The position numbers were made by a program, and so were the translations under genes. The notes under the pieces were generated by a model, which saw nothing but the letters and a program-made list of their open reading frames with translations, was not told the origin of the DNA and made no database searches. Positions 51,898 to 64,000 of a DNA stretch of 64,000 nucleotides are shown here, one piece after another. The stretch's first letter is position 1. The number at the start of each line of letters is the position of its first letter. The DNA lies in assembly GCA_951406725.2 (NCBI GenBank), contig OX597831.1, forward strand, positions 39,742,001 through 39,806,000, read 5' to 3'. This stretch comes from Octopus vulgaris. Taxonomy: Eukaryota.

Positions 51898-52131
51898 CAC
51901 ACACATGCACATACACACAAGCATAAAGATAAATAATATAAAAAATAATAAAAAAGGGGAAGTATATTTTTGCTCACCAAACTGCTTGGTGGTGGAGTGG
52001 AAGGGCAGGTGGTGTTTTGTTTGCACTTGTCCATGGCTCCGCAATGTTGTGTTTTCATTGCTGTGCGATGCAATGTTTGTGCACATATTAACATGCTTGC
52101 CGTTAATACATAAGGCAGCTTTCTGTGTGTG

Positions 52132-52180
<49 letters not shown>

Positions 52181-52339
52181 TGTGTGTGTGTCATGCTTTG
52201 GATTGGATATCAAAGCAAAATATTTAAGAGTCTCATTCGATGTGATGAGAAAAGATGAAATACAAAATGGGGGATGAAAATGAAATGCTTGTTTTATGAT
52301 GGTGAAAAGCATGATTATTATTATTATTATTATTGTTAT

Positions 52340-52920
52340 AGTGGCGAGCTGGTAGAATCATTAGCTAGCTGGACGAAATGCTTAGGGATATTTCATCTGC
52401 CGTTACGTTGTGAGTTCAAATTCCGCCGAGGTCGACTTTGCCTTTCATCCTTTCGGGATCGATAAATTAAGTACCAGTTACGCACTGGGGTTGATGTAGT
52501 CGACCTAATACCTATGTCTGTCCTTGTTTGTCTCCTCTATGTTTAGCCCCTTGTGGGTAATAAAGAAATAGGTATTTCATCTGCCGCTGCATTCTTAGTT
52601 CAGATTCTGCCGAGGTCGACTTTGCCTTTCATCCTTTCGGACTCGATAAATTAAGTACCAATTGAGTACTGGGGGTCGATGTAATCGACTACTCCCTCCC
52701 GCAAATTTCAGGCCTTGTGCCTATAGTAGAAAGGATTATTATTATTATTATTATTGTAGCGGTGAGCTGGCAGAATCATTAGCTTGCTGGAAGAAATGCT
52801 TAGCAGTATTCTGCCTGTTGCTATGTTCCGAGTTCAAATTCTGCCGAGGTCGATGCAATTGACTAGTCCCGTCTCCCAAAATTGGTGCTCTTGTGGCAAA
52901 ATTTGTAACCATTATTATTA
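52340..52920 (+). mobile_element. Second head-to-tail array of family-C SINE units
   Basis: Same motifs and (ATT)n spacers as 43481-44300. Confidence 0.85.
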
Positions 52921-53625
52921 TTATTGTTGTTGTTACTACTACTACTACTACTACTACTATTGGGGAATGTAATTGTTTGGATTCTATTGTTTGTTTATTT
53001 ACTGTTCACATGCATAGTCTAAACCACTCTATCCCTTGTTTGTTTTGTGTAGTGTCATTTTGCATTTTTCTTGTGGGCTCTTGTGGCCTATAAAGAAAGT
53101 ATTATTATCATTATCATCAATAATGTTGTCCTTTTTCACTATTACTATTTTAATTTTGTTTCTTTGGATTACATGAACAAAGTGAAGAGAAAATATTTCC
53201 ATTTGTCTATATACACACATATACTATACATATATATATATACCTCGTGTACATATGTATACATATTTATATATATATATATATACACATAGATATAAGC
53301 AAACACACACACATGCAGTTTTTCCAAATGAAACATCTCATTGTCATTGATATTATTTTTGTTGATGTTACCATTGCTGTTGATGTCATAGTTGCCATCA
53401 TTTCATTTTATCTTCATTATGGTTATTTAATCTTTATATACATCTCTCTCTCTCTCCTATCTTTACATCTTTCTATGTCTCTGCTGCTCTTGCTTTTGTT
53501 TTAAATTTCTTATCTGACTCCTGTTCTTTCATTATTTTGTTGGTCTGTATACACACACATACACACACACACACACACATGTATATATACATGCAGATGC
53601 ACACGCGCATACACACTCACGCACA

Positions 53626-53790
53626 CCGAAAAGCTACTGGCTTTCAGGGTATCATGCAAGGCCTGGCTGGAGGTCCAACCTTCCGAGTTCTTTATACAGG
53701 ACTGCTGCTATAAGTATCCTCAATAGAAACATAACTGATCCTCTTGTATTTTCTTAACGCCAAAGCCAGGAACTTTTCAGCACCACCTCA
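53626..53790 (+). mobile_element. Mariner-like MITE, same family as 285-423
   Basis: Right terminus CCAGGAACTTTTCAGCACCACCTCA-TA; interior similar to 300-370. Confidence 0.7.
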
Positions 53791-53881
53791 TACACATACA
53801 TGTGCACACACAGATAAGTATACTCATATACACTCTTACATATATATATATATATATGGCCTGCTCGCTTAGCCAGCGGGG

Positions 53882-54170
53882 TGGCGTCATTTGAAGGCTA
53901 AAGCAATGCGAACGCATTGTGACCAGCGATGTGTAGCAACATCTGATGGTCTGGTCGGTCACGTGATATATATATATATATATATATTTATATAGATACA
54001 TACATACATATATGTTTGTGAGTGTGTATATATACATATGTACATAATTAGTGTGAGAGGCGACATTTTTATTTTTAAAAAAATTTCTTAGAAAACTTGG
54101 CGTTATTTGAAGGCTAAAGCAATGCGAACGCATTGTGACCAGCGATGTATAACAACATCTGATGGTCGGT

Positions 54171-54223
<53 letters not shown>

Positions 54224-54324
54224 GATACATACATACATATATGTTTGAGTGTGTATATATACATATGTACATAATTAGTGTGAGAGGCAACATTTTTATT
54301 TAAAAAAAATTTCTTGGAAAACTT
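53882..54324. repeat. Tandem duplication (about 217 and 226 bp) of a SINE tail plus 3' flank
   Basis: ggcgt(c/t)atttgaaggctaaagcaatgcg...gaaaactt repeated twice. Confidence 0.9.
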
Positions 54325-54969
54325 AATATAAATGTATGGTGTTACTTGGTACTAAGAAATCCCCTATTTTAATCATAACACACATTTGACTTCCCTCTTG
54401 CCCACCTTTCCAGAACCACTTTCGCATTATTTCATCACTCGCCCTCTAATGTAAGTGTTAAACCCCTCAAACCGTTGCAAGAAAGAAAACGAAATAAAAT
54501 ATTACCCCTTTTACATAAAGATTATTCTTTCAAATTGTTTCACATTGTTTGAATTAATCCTATATTATCTCACAGGTTTGGGATTTTAACAATGTGATTG
54601 TTTGTTTTTAGAATGGCATTGCAGGGAAAGTGTGAGAGGCCAGTTTGAATACAAAACAGGTCAGATATTTGAGGCAGATAGGTTGAAGTGTGTGTGTGTG
54701 TGGTGTCTTCCAACTGGGTTGCGGATCTGTGAAATAAGCTGCCGGACGAGATAGTGAAGATGCCGACGACCGCTCGGTTCAAAGTCTCTCTTGACCAGAA
54801 ATGGCCTGAACTCTTTGCATGAACACCCTCCCTGTACATAACTCCATGTCCCCCTACATGGCCTTGCTTTTTGCTTTTTGAACCAAAAAATTAACTTAAC
54901 TTAACTTAACCAACATCATTTTGAGTTCAGATCCACTTTATGGCACCATGAACAAGTGTCTGCTATTAA

Positions 54970-55189
54970 CCCTTTCGTTACTGTATTTATTTTGAGATGT
55001 TCTGTGTTTCTTTCAATTACGTTTAATATAACAAATGATTTAGTAAAATAGCTTAGTTATCATTCAGCTAGTGTTAGGAACATAAGTTGGGACTAAGGTT
55101 TGGTGGAAGATTTTGATTCAAAATTTATGAAAACAAGACGTTTGTACTCAAAGCAAGAGCCAGTTTCAGCCGGGTTGGTATTGAAAGGG
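54970..55189 (-). mobile_element. piggyBac-like MITE nested in a degraded family-A SINE
   Basis: TTAA at 54966-54969 and 55190-55193; reverse complement of 49001-49214. Confidence 0.9.
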
Positions 55190-57361
55190 TTAAAACCCTG
55201 GGCTTATCAAAGTCTTGTGAGTGGATACAGTAGATAGAAACTGAAAGAAGTGAAGTGTGTGTGGTCTTGTCTTGATGTTGTGATTATTGTAAATGAATGT
55301 CCTTCATTTCCAATATTCTGCAAAAATGTTTGGCCAAAGGGCAATATGACATTGCTTGGAAACAGCTATGGGTTAGTGACAGAAAAGGCTTCATATCATG
55401 GTTATCAACCTGCAGATACATAGGGCTGCTTGCCTAGTTTCTGTAGAAGTATAGGACCAAGATCCCTGCATTCTCCTTGAACAGGGCATCTGTCCATCAC
55501 AGTGTTACTCATTTAGAGCTGAGTAGATAGGCTCAATGTGAAATGAAGTGCTTTGTGGGGCTTCCCTATACAACACTAACCACCATGTTTTGTAAGCTGT
55601 GTGGCAGGGAATCGCTCACTATACTTTGCCATAATAATACCTCATAATTCAATAGGGTTCTGTGATGTAATCTTCTCATGTAAACATAAATTTTATTCTT
55701 CTGTTGCCCATTACATATTGCCTAATCTGGGACACAAAACTACAATTTTGCTTCCACGAGTGCAACAACATAATGTATAAACCTCCCTTAACAAACTCTG
55801 TCCAACCCCTGCAAGCAGGGGTGAACCAGACATTAAAATGTCAGTGATGATGATGATCATGTTTGACGTTCTCCAAATAAATTCTATTTAAGCAATGTTC
55901 TTGTAAAGGCTTGACACTGGCCTAACTTCCATTGGATTTTATTAAATTTCCTTCTATATTTTCAAATGCTCTGCTCAATACTCCCTTTTCTGTTGTAGTC
56001 AGCATTACATTCAACATTCTACCACTTTTTGTTCTCGTAATTTCTTCAACGAATGCAAATACATGCTCATGCATGTTTGCAAATGCATTTTCCTTCCCAT
56101 CATCCCCCTCTCCCTCATCCTTATTTTATTCTTTTCAAACATTTTATTTATTTGTGCCTTTGCATTGTTTTAATCTCTGATTGTCTTCCTCTCGCCCACC
56201 TTACTTTTATCTTAAAACCAAACGACTTTACTTTATGCTTTTAAGCATTTGCTGTTGATAAGTGGCACAGATTATCAGATATAAGAAGATTAATGTTAAG
56301 GGATTTATTAAAGACTGATTCTGATATGTTTGTTTTAAACTCATTCGACTTTGACAAGTTTTCATTCAGAGAGGCTTCTTTTCCCTTTTTAGCTTTGTTG
56401 TTGTTGTTTTTTTGTTATCATTCTATTATTGCTGTCATCGTTAACATTATTAATATCATTCATTTTTGCTGTTATAATTATTGTTGTTGCTGCTGCTGTT
56501 GTTCATGTTAATTTGTTTTTCTTTTTCCTTTCTCCTCTATTGTTATCTCAAGGCATCATGCTCGTGTCAGAAAATATCCCCCATCATCCCTACAACCACC
56601 ACCACCATCACCACCTCCACCATAATTATCATCATCCTCATTGTCACTGTTTCATTGTCACCACCACCACCACCACCACAATGATTTTCACCATCATCTT
56701 CACCTCAATCATCATCTCTGCCACCATCACTACATCACCACCACCACCACCACCCACTCCTCCCTTCTCCCCCCTTCTCATCACCATTGATTTTCTTATA
56801 AACTATTATTATTATTTCCATGTAAAATTGCAGTTATGAAATTTTAATATGAAGAAATTCGAAATGCTGCTGTTGCTGCTTTTGTTGTTGTTGTTGTTGT
56901 TGTTGTTCTTGTTGTTCTTGTTGCTGTTATGGCAATGATGGATGATATCATCATCATCGTCTTACATTGTGCTGCTTCCTTTTCCTGAAGAATTTCACAA
57001 TAATTTCATCACATTATGACAGTTTGACTTACCTATTTGGTGGTGGTGGTGGTGGTCTTACAGCAGCAAGCAAGTGCTGGTGGGGGGAATTTATGTTTGT
57101 CTTTATTATTATTATTATTTGGCATTAACACTGACCACGATTGCAACAGCTGTTTCGACAATGACAGCCGTTAACGCCAAAAACAATTGTGTATTTAAAA
57201 GAGATAAAATGTTGTTTCGTTGCCACAGCTGCAAACAACAGCAATGCAACTTGTGTCACAGTACGAGTGAAATATGAAATTACTTAAAATTTAGAACAGA
57301 AATGATGACGATAGAATTATTATCATCATCATCGTTGTCATCTTTAAGCATTTTTTTCCCT

Positions 57362-57775
57362 GTGCTTGTCTTGTAATGACTTTCACCTAGGAGGGGTTAC
57401 GCTGGCTTCTACTGAGTTAATTGCGTCATGAGTCAAGACAGTCTACACATGTCTGCTGGCAGCCAATTCTGCAGCGTGTTGAAGCCGTTCCTGGTTCCAG
57501 TGATGAACACCAAAAACTCGAGGGGTGGTCTTAAGCTGACTGTGACTTCTCTTACGCCAACCCAGGGGAGGATCTGGTGCTGTCATCTTCTGAATGAGTT
57601 TGTTGTGAAGGCACTGCAATGCATGACTAAATCACCCTTGTCTCCTCGCCAGGAGAGTTCCCTCACGCGGTGAGAGACTGCAGTGATTGCAAAGTTGTCA
57701 GTTGAAAAAATGCAGTCTAAGAAGACGACAAATACAAGTGCAATCAAAAGCCTCCAACTTGCAAATGTTAAGAAA
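57362..57775 (-). mobile_element. Decayed RTE-clade LINE ORF C-terminus and 3' end
   Basis: One minus frame with stops: ICKLEAFDCTCICRLL...LLARRQG*FSHAL...PPLGWRKRSHSQLKT-PRVFGVHHWN...ELAASRHV*...DAINSVEA, matching RTE motifs LE.FD..CLRRIL, RRLRWFGH and GWRKR.GGQ.KTW. Confidence 0.8.
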
Positions 57776-58036
57776 GAATTTGTTGAGGAAAATTTTCTAT
57801 GTTCAGATGTCCTTCCTATCACCAAGCTGCGTGTTTCCTGACAAGGAATTAATTAAGGGTTTTTTTTTTTTTGTTCTCCCTCGATTAGACAATTTTACAA
57901 ATTTTCAAAGAAGATTAAGAATGAATGACACTGCTGGTATGAGAGTGGCACTCGTGTACTACTATCATGTTGTATCAAGATAAGGAGGCACAAACATATG
58001 CATATACACGCATGTCCATGTGCACACATGAATAAA

Positions 58037-58380
58037 CATCATCATCATCATCATCATTGTTTAACGTCCGTTTTCCATGCTAGCATGGGTTGGACGGTTC
58101 GACCGGGGGTCTGGGAAGCCAGAAGGCTGCACCAGGCTCCAGTCTTATCTGGCAATGTTTGTACAGCTGGATGCCCTTCCTAACGCCAACCACTCCGTGA
58201 GTGTAGTGGGTGCTTTTTACGTGCCACCTGCACAGGTGCCAGGCGAGGCTGGCAACGGCCACGGTCGGATTGGTGTATTTTATGTGCCACCGGCACGGAA
58301 GCCAGTCGAGGCGGCCCTGGCATCGGCCTGTCGAGGCGGCACTGGCATCGGCCAGTTGAGGCAGCGCTGGCATCGGCCAA
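58037..58380 (-). mobile_element. RTE-type LINE 3' end (family B), CpG-rich with GC-rich internal repeats
   Basis: (CAT)n, family-B motifs, gaggcggc(a)ctggcatcggcc about 3 times. Confidence 0.85.
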
Positions 58381-58400
58381 ACCATATGTGTGTGTGTCTG

Positions 58401-58702
58401 TAGGCACAGGAGTCGCTGTGTGGTAAGAAGCTTACTTCCCAATCACATGGTTCCAGGTTCAGTCCCACTGCATGGCATCATGAGCAAGTGCCTCCTACTA
58501 TAGCCTTGGGTCGATCAAAGCCTTGTGACACCTCCAACATTGCTTGATACTGGTGTGTTTATGTCGCCATAACTTAGCGGTTCGGCAAAAGACACGACAG
58601 ATCAAGTACTAGGCTTACAAAGAATAAGTCGTGGGGTTGATTTCGACGAAAAGGCGGTGCTCCAGCATGGCAGCAGTCAAATTGCTGAAAAGAATAAAAG
58701 AA
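58401..58702 (+). mobile_element. Family-A SINE with internal deletion
   Basis: Head and tail motifs joined without the microsatellite. Confidence 0.85.
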
Positions 58703-58779
58703 TACAGTAGTACCTCAGTTTACAAATGTCTCTGATTATGAATAATTCATGCTTTATATATATTTATATCCATCCATAT

Positions 58780-59109
58780 ATCATCATCATTGTCGTTTAA
58801 CGTCTGTTTTCCTTGCTAGCATGGGTTGGATGGTTCGACTGGGGATCTGGGAAGCCAGGAGGCTGCACCAGGCTCCAGTCTGATCTGGCAGTGTTTCTAC
58901 AGCTTGATGCCCTTCCTAATGCCAACCACTACATGAGTGCAGTGGGTGCTTGTTACGTGCCACTTGCACTGGTGCCAGGGGAAGCTGGCAATGACCACGA
59001 TCAGTTGGTGTTTTTTACATGCCACCGGCACAGGTATCGCAACTACAATTTCCATTTGATTTTTATTTTGATGTTGATGTATTTGACTCAATAGGTCTCC
59101 TCAAGTACA

Positions 59110-59112
<3 letters not shown>
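58780..59112 (-). mobile_element. RTE-type LINE 3' end (family B)
   Basis: Family-B motifs; minus strand begins with a YAVLEETY* ORF end. Confidence 0.8.
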
Positions 59113-59152
<40 letters not shown>

Positions 59153-59238
59153 ATATATAATTGTTAAAGAGGATAGCAAACATTAAGGCAAGGCTAACAT
59201 CTCAAGTCATATACAATATTATTACTGAAAAAATTTTA

Positions 59239-59294
59239 GTCTTACAGCTGTTTCTGGAATATCACTGTGTATGGGATATTCCGTCATCAGAGAC
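59239..59294 (-). ncRNA. Hammerhead ribozyme motif (Penelope-type)
   Basis: GUCU-CUGAUGA-C GGAAUAUC ccauacacagu GAUAUUCC A-GAAAC-AGCU-GUA/AGAC. Confidence 0.75.
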
Positions 59295-59330
59295 AAATAG
59301 GGGAAAAAAGGGAAAATGAGAATGGTATAT

Positions 59331-59371
<41 letters not shown>

Positions 59372-59375
<4 letters not shown>

Positions 59376-59775
59376 AATAGTAGAGTGAAAAAACGACAGA
59401 AGGCTTGAATGTTAAAAAATATATATATTTGCGTCAATGTCTGAAGAATATTAGAAAATTAAAAAAAAAATTTTTTTCCCTCTTAAAATGACATAAATTA
59501 AAAGAAATACTGGTTTCGCGTGTAGCTTTTCAGATTTCTTGTGATGTTATGTTTATATTGCATGGAGTTATCGTTGTATTTATTTTCAGGAGATTTCTAA
59601 ATTAGGGGAGGTAGTGAGTGATTTCTTCCGGTGTAAGGGAGATAATCGCTTAAACATTTTTTCCTTTCCCTTCTGAATTTCTCTGTGTCAGTATGTTCGG
59701 ATGGTTGAGTCTGGGTTTGTACTTTTCAATGAAGAATGTTTCCTTGTTCAGTCTCATTTGTGTTGATTATCCAAA
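59372..59775 (-). mobile_element. Penelope-like element 3' end: GIY-YIG C-terminal remnant followed by a decayed minimal HHR (59503-59539)
   Basis: Minus strand MRLNKETFFIEKYKPRLN (PLE endonuclease R..KE..FI...KP.LN motif); downstream CUGAAAA-GC uacac GC-GAAAC-CA-GUA. Confidence 0.7.
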
Positions 59776-60424
59776 AGCACATATATATATATATATATAT
59801 TTGTATATGTATGTGTCTGTATTTGTCTCTCCCCTATCACCGTTTGACAACTGGTGTCGGTGCGTTTATATCCCTGTAACTTAGTGGTTCGGCAGCAGCC
59901 AGATAGAATGAGTAATCGTGCTTTAAAAAATAAGTCCTGTGCAGCGGTGAGGTTGATATGTCTGACTAAAACCCTTTGATGCTGTGCTCCAGCATGGCCT
60001 CAGCCAAATGACCAAAACAAAAGAACATATTCGTAAACTCATGTCTTGAATTCTATTTTGCCTGTTTGTATCAGCAAACCTACACACACACACACACACT
60101 CACACAAAGTTTATGACACTTGTTTTGGTGACATTCTGTTTAATGCTGTCATAAAAGATTGCATCATAATATAAACCTAGCGTCATCAGGGGGAAATTGC
60201 ATGTTATAATGTAACTTTTTATGACTGCATTAAATAAAATTCTACTGAAACAGCTATCGTAAGTGTTAAGTGCCATTTGTGCTTACTTTTTATATTGACG
60301 TCACACCATTCACCCACTTGTGACTCGGGTCTAGGGTTACAAAATGGACCTGACGCTTGCATGTCTACAATATCCTACTGAAACTTGAAGCCTTCCACCA
60401 TGGAAAGCAGATGTTAAATGATGA

Positions 60425-60469
<45 letters not shown>

Positions 60470-60632
60470 CCCAGGAGTGGCTGTTTGGTAAGTAGCTTGC
60501 TTAGCAACCATATGGTTCCGAGTTGAGTTCCACTGCGTGGCACCTTGGGCAAGTGTCTTCTACTATAGCCTCAGGCTGAGCAAAGCCTTGTGAATGGATT
60601 TGGTAGGCAGAAACTGAAAGAAGACCGTCGTG

Positions 60633-60670
<38 letters not shown>

Positions 60671-60709
60671 CATACATACATACACATATATGTACATACA
60701 TACATACAT

Positions 60710-60748
<39 letters not shown>

Positions 60749-60946
60749 CATACACATATATGTACATACATACATACACATATATATATATATGTAAATG
60801 TATTTCTATTTCTATTTCTATGTCTTGTTATATTTGTACTATATTAATGTATAATATCATTGCTATTGTGTAATGGTTCAATAAAGTATTGATTGGGTAT
60901 TATCTCATGGTTGATGATTGATTTAGATATATTTCTCCATTTTCTC

Positions 60947-60980
<34 letters not shown>

Positions 60981-60984
<4 letters not shown>

Positions 60985-61172
60985 GCCATGATAGATGAGT
61001 AGCCACTACACACATTTTTTTCTCTCCTTGTTTCTTTCTGTGTTCCTTTCTGTGGAAGAGCGTAGGCTCGAAACGTAAAAGACTTTTTCAATTCCTGAGC
61101 ATTATACTACTACATCTGTTTGCTTTCTACACCCCCTGTCTTCGTCTTGTGTGCTTTTTGTGAATCCTCCCT
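60981..61172 (+). mobile_element. Penelope-like terminal fragment P2, HHR-like motif 61046-61081
   Basis: CUUU-CUGUGGA-A-GAGC guag GCUC-GAAAC-GU-A-AAAG, between (TA)n tracts. Confidence 0.65.
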
Positions 61173-61175
61173 ATA

Positions 61176-61246
<71 letters not shown>

Positions 61247-61494
61247 GTATGTAAGTATATGTTTGTGTGTCTGTGTTTGTTCCTCCAACATCACTTGACA
61301 ACCGATGCTGGTGTGTTCACTTCCCCATCACTTAGCAGTTTGGCAAGAAAGACCGATACAATAAGTACTAGGCTTACAAAGAATAAGTCCTCGGGTCGAT
61401 TTGCTCATATCGACAGACAAAATACAGCTGAGCATTTCGCCCGGCGCACTAATGTGTCTGCCAGCTTGCCTTATATATATATATGTATATATGG

Positions 61495-61810
61495 ATGGGA
61501 AGGCGTAGTGGTTAGGTATTCAGGTTATGATCATTAACTCATGAGTTCAATCCACAGTGGCTCATTGTGTCCTTAAGCAAGTCACTTCAGTTCACGTTGC
61601 TCCAGGTGACTCAGCTGGCAAAAATGAGTTGTAACGGTATTTCAAAGGGCCAGCCTTGCCGCACTCTGTCATGCTGAATCTCCATGCAAACTACGTTAAG
61701 GGTACACATGTTTGTGGAGTGCTCAGCTACTTGCATGTTACTTTTATGAGCAGGCTGTTCCATTGGTTGGATCAACAGGACCCCGTGTTGTCGTAACCAG
61801 CCGAGTGCAA
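61495..61810 (+). mobile_element. tRNA-SINE with a body like 41921-42260 and a tail like 28526-28918
   Basis: ttcacgttgctccag body; gtatttcaaagggccagccttg...actacgttaagggt...ggagtgctcagc...gtcgtaacc tail. Confidence 0.75.
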
Positions 61811-61815
61811 AGAAA

Positions 61816-61851
<36 letters not shown>

Positions 61852-61884
61852 GTATATATATATATATATATATGTGCACATATA

Positions 61885-62302
61885 GGCGCAGGAGTGGCTG
61901 TGTGGTAAGTAGCTTGCTTACCAACCACATGGTTCCAGGTTCAGTCCCACTGTGTGGCATCTTGGGCAAGTGCCTTCTACTATAGCCTTGGGCCGACCAA
62001 AGCCTTGTGAGTGGGTTTGGTAGACGGAAACTGAAAGAAGCTTGGCGTATATATATGTATATATATATATATATGTGTGTGCATGTTTGTGTTTCTGTGT
62101 TTGTCCCCCTAGCATTGCTTGACAACCGATGCTGGAGTGTTTACGTCGCCGTCACTTAGTGGTTCGGCAAAAGAGACCGATAGAATAAGTACTGGGCTTC
62201 CAAAGAATAAGTCCCGGGGTCGATTTGCTCAACTAAAGGTGCTGTTCCAGCATGGCCGCAGTCAAATGACTGAAACAAGTAAAAGAGTAAAAGTGTAAAG
62301 AG
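61885..62302 (+). mobile_element. Family-A SINE, full length
   Basis: Complete head, microsatellite and tail. Confidence 0.9.
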
Positions 62303-62345
<43 letters not shown>

Positions 62346-62429
62346 ATTTATACATATATATATATGTGTGTGTGTGTGTATTTATACATATATATATATA
62401 TGTATTATATATATATATATATATATATG

Positions 62430-62470
<41 letters not shown>

Positions 62471-63195
62471 ATACATACACATATACCCATACATATGTAC
62501 AAACTTGTATCCGTACTTAACGCACTTACTCACGCACACATTTCTTGTTGTGTATTTGCCTTACATTTGTATCTAATGCTTCCCGGTATCTCCATCCTCT
62601 CTACATTCATCTGCATGTTGTAAATTCCGATTTGGTTTTTATTGATGTCCTATTGTCTACTAGAAAATGGGCTGTTTACATTTTTAAAGAAATATCCAAA
62701 TCAATTGTCCTCCTCCCATCTGTTCTATAAATCAATGTGGTAGCTATTGATCAGTGCCGGAGTAGGAGATAAAAGGTTTATATACACATATATATTATGT
62801 AAAAGGTTTATACACGCACACACCCACACACTCAAACATATACATGCACACACTTGCATTTACTATATATAAAAAATTAAGTAGAGATTTATACACAATG
62901 TCAGTATATATTTATTTATTTGTGTGTGTGTGTAGATACACTTGTGTATATATATATACACAAGTAAATCTATGTGTCTAGATATCTGCCCTCGTATATA
63001 TACAAGTGAATGTGTGTATATGCATGTCTGTATATATAATCTTTTTGTGTGTTCATATACAATTTTTTGTGTGTATATTTTATACATATGTGCTTGTGTG
63101 TATAAATAACTTTTTAATGTATACATGTGTGTGCGTGTATATATATTTTGTATATATGTATGTGTTTATATTGGTGCTGCATATGTGTATATATA

Positions 63196-63242
<47 letters not shown>

Positions 63243-63677
63243 GATATAATCATATATTCATTTATGTGTGTGCGTGCATGCTTGTGTATGTATAAATGCA
63301 TATATGCAGTCTACAAAAGACACATAAAGAGCAAAATATTTTCTTGTTCCTTGAAGCATTTTTATTCATTTTCATTCTTTTAAAAAGAATAAAGAACGAA
63401 AGTGACATATACAGAGAGAGAGAGAGAGAGGGGCAAGGAGTAGAATGAGTAAGACTATATGACAGTGAAGGATGTTTTTTAAATCTCCCATCCTCACCAT
63501 CATCCCTTTTAGTTGTATATTTTAGTATTCAAAAGCGCCGCCGTCCTATCTTATCCAATGTTCTTAAGCACACTGTTGTTATTTTGTAATATCTATTATG
63601 TTTTAAAAAACTGGATATTGAATTCTTCAGTTATTCTTATTTGATGTGTATGTGTAATATCTCTCTCTCTCTCTTTC

Positions 63678-63712
<35 letters not shown>

Positions 63713-64000
63713 TTGCATGTGTGTATGTATACACATACATTTGTGTGTGTATATGTATATATATATGTATATATATATAGACAGAGAGAAAGACCCACAT
63801 ATACTTTAGATATACATAGGAATATATATGTACTATATATCACACATACACACCCACTCACACATATATATACACAAATATATATATAGTGTGCGTGTAT
63901 TCATGTGTGTGTATATATATATATATATACACACGTGTTAGTATATATACATGATTACCTACTTTTATGTATGTATTTGTGTATATATATATATATATAC

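Noticed and set aside
57428-57983. Protein-like ORFs listed in the track (81, 80 and 98 aa)
   Set aside because: A different minus-strand frame with stops explains most of the region as a decayed RTE LINE

Overview
AT-rich, repeat-saturated eukaryotic DNA with no intact protein-coding gene. Almost all ORF-track entries are translations of (TA)n/(CA)n/(CAC)n microsatellites or of SINEs. The repeat families and microsatellite load resemble an octopus (coleoid cephalopod) intron or intergenic region; this is inference, not a database result. Contents: about 30 copies or fragments of one tRNA-derived SINE with an internal microsatellite, several other modular tRNA-SINEs, many 5'-truncated RTE-type LINE 3' ends, Penelope-like (PLE) fragments, Tc1/mariner, pogo/Tigger, piggyBac and hAT-like MITEs, and one non-autonomous Helitron. 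The main unexpected signal is a set of about 15 hammerhead-ribozyme (HHR) motifs from several unrelated sequence families. One apparently intact type I hammerhead with a long wobble-supported helix I lies at 28924-29015 (minus strand). A candidate recursive splice site/RS-exon lies at 18778-18846 (+). Coordinates were read by eye, and repeat boundaries are approximate.
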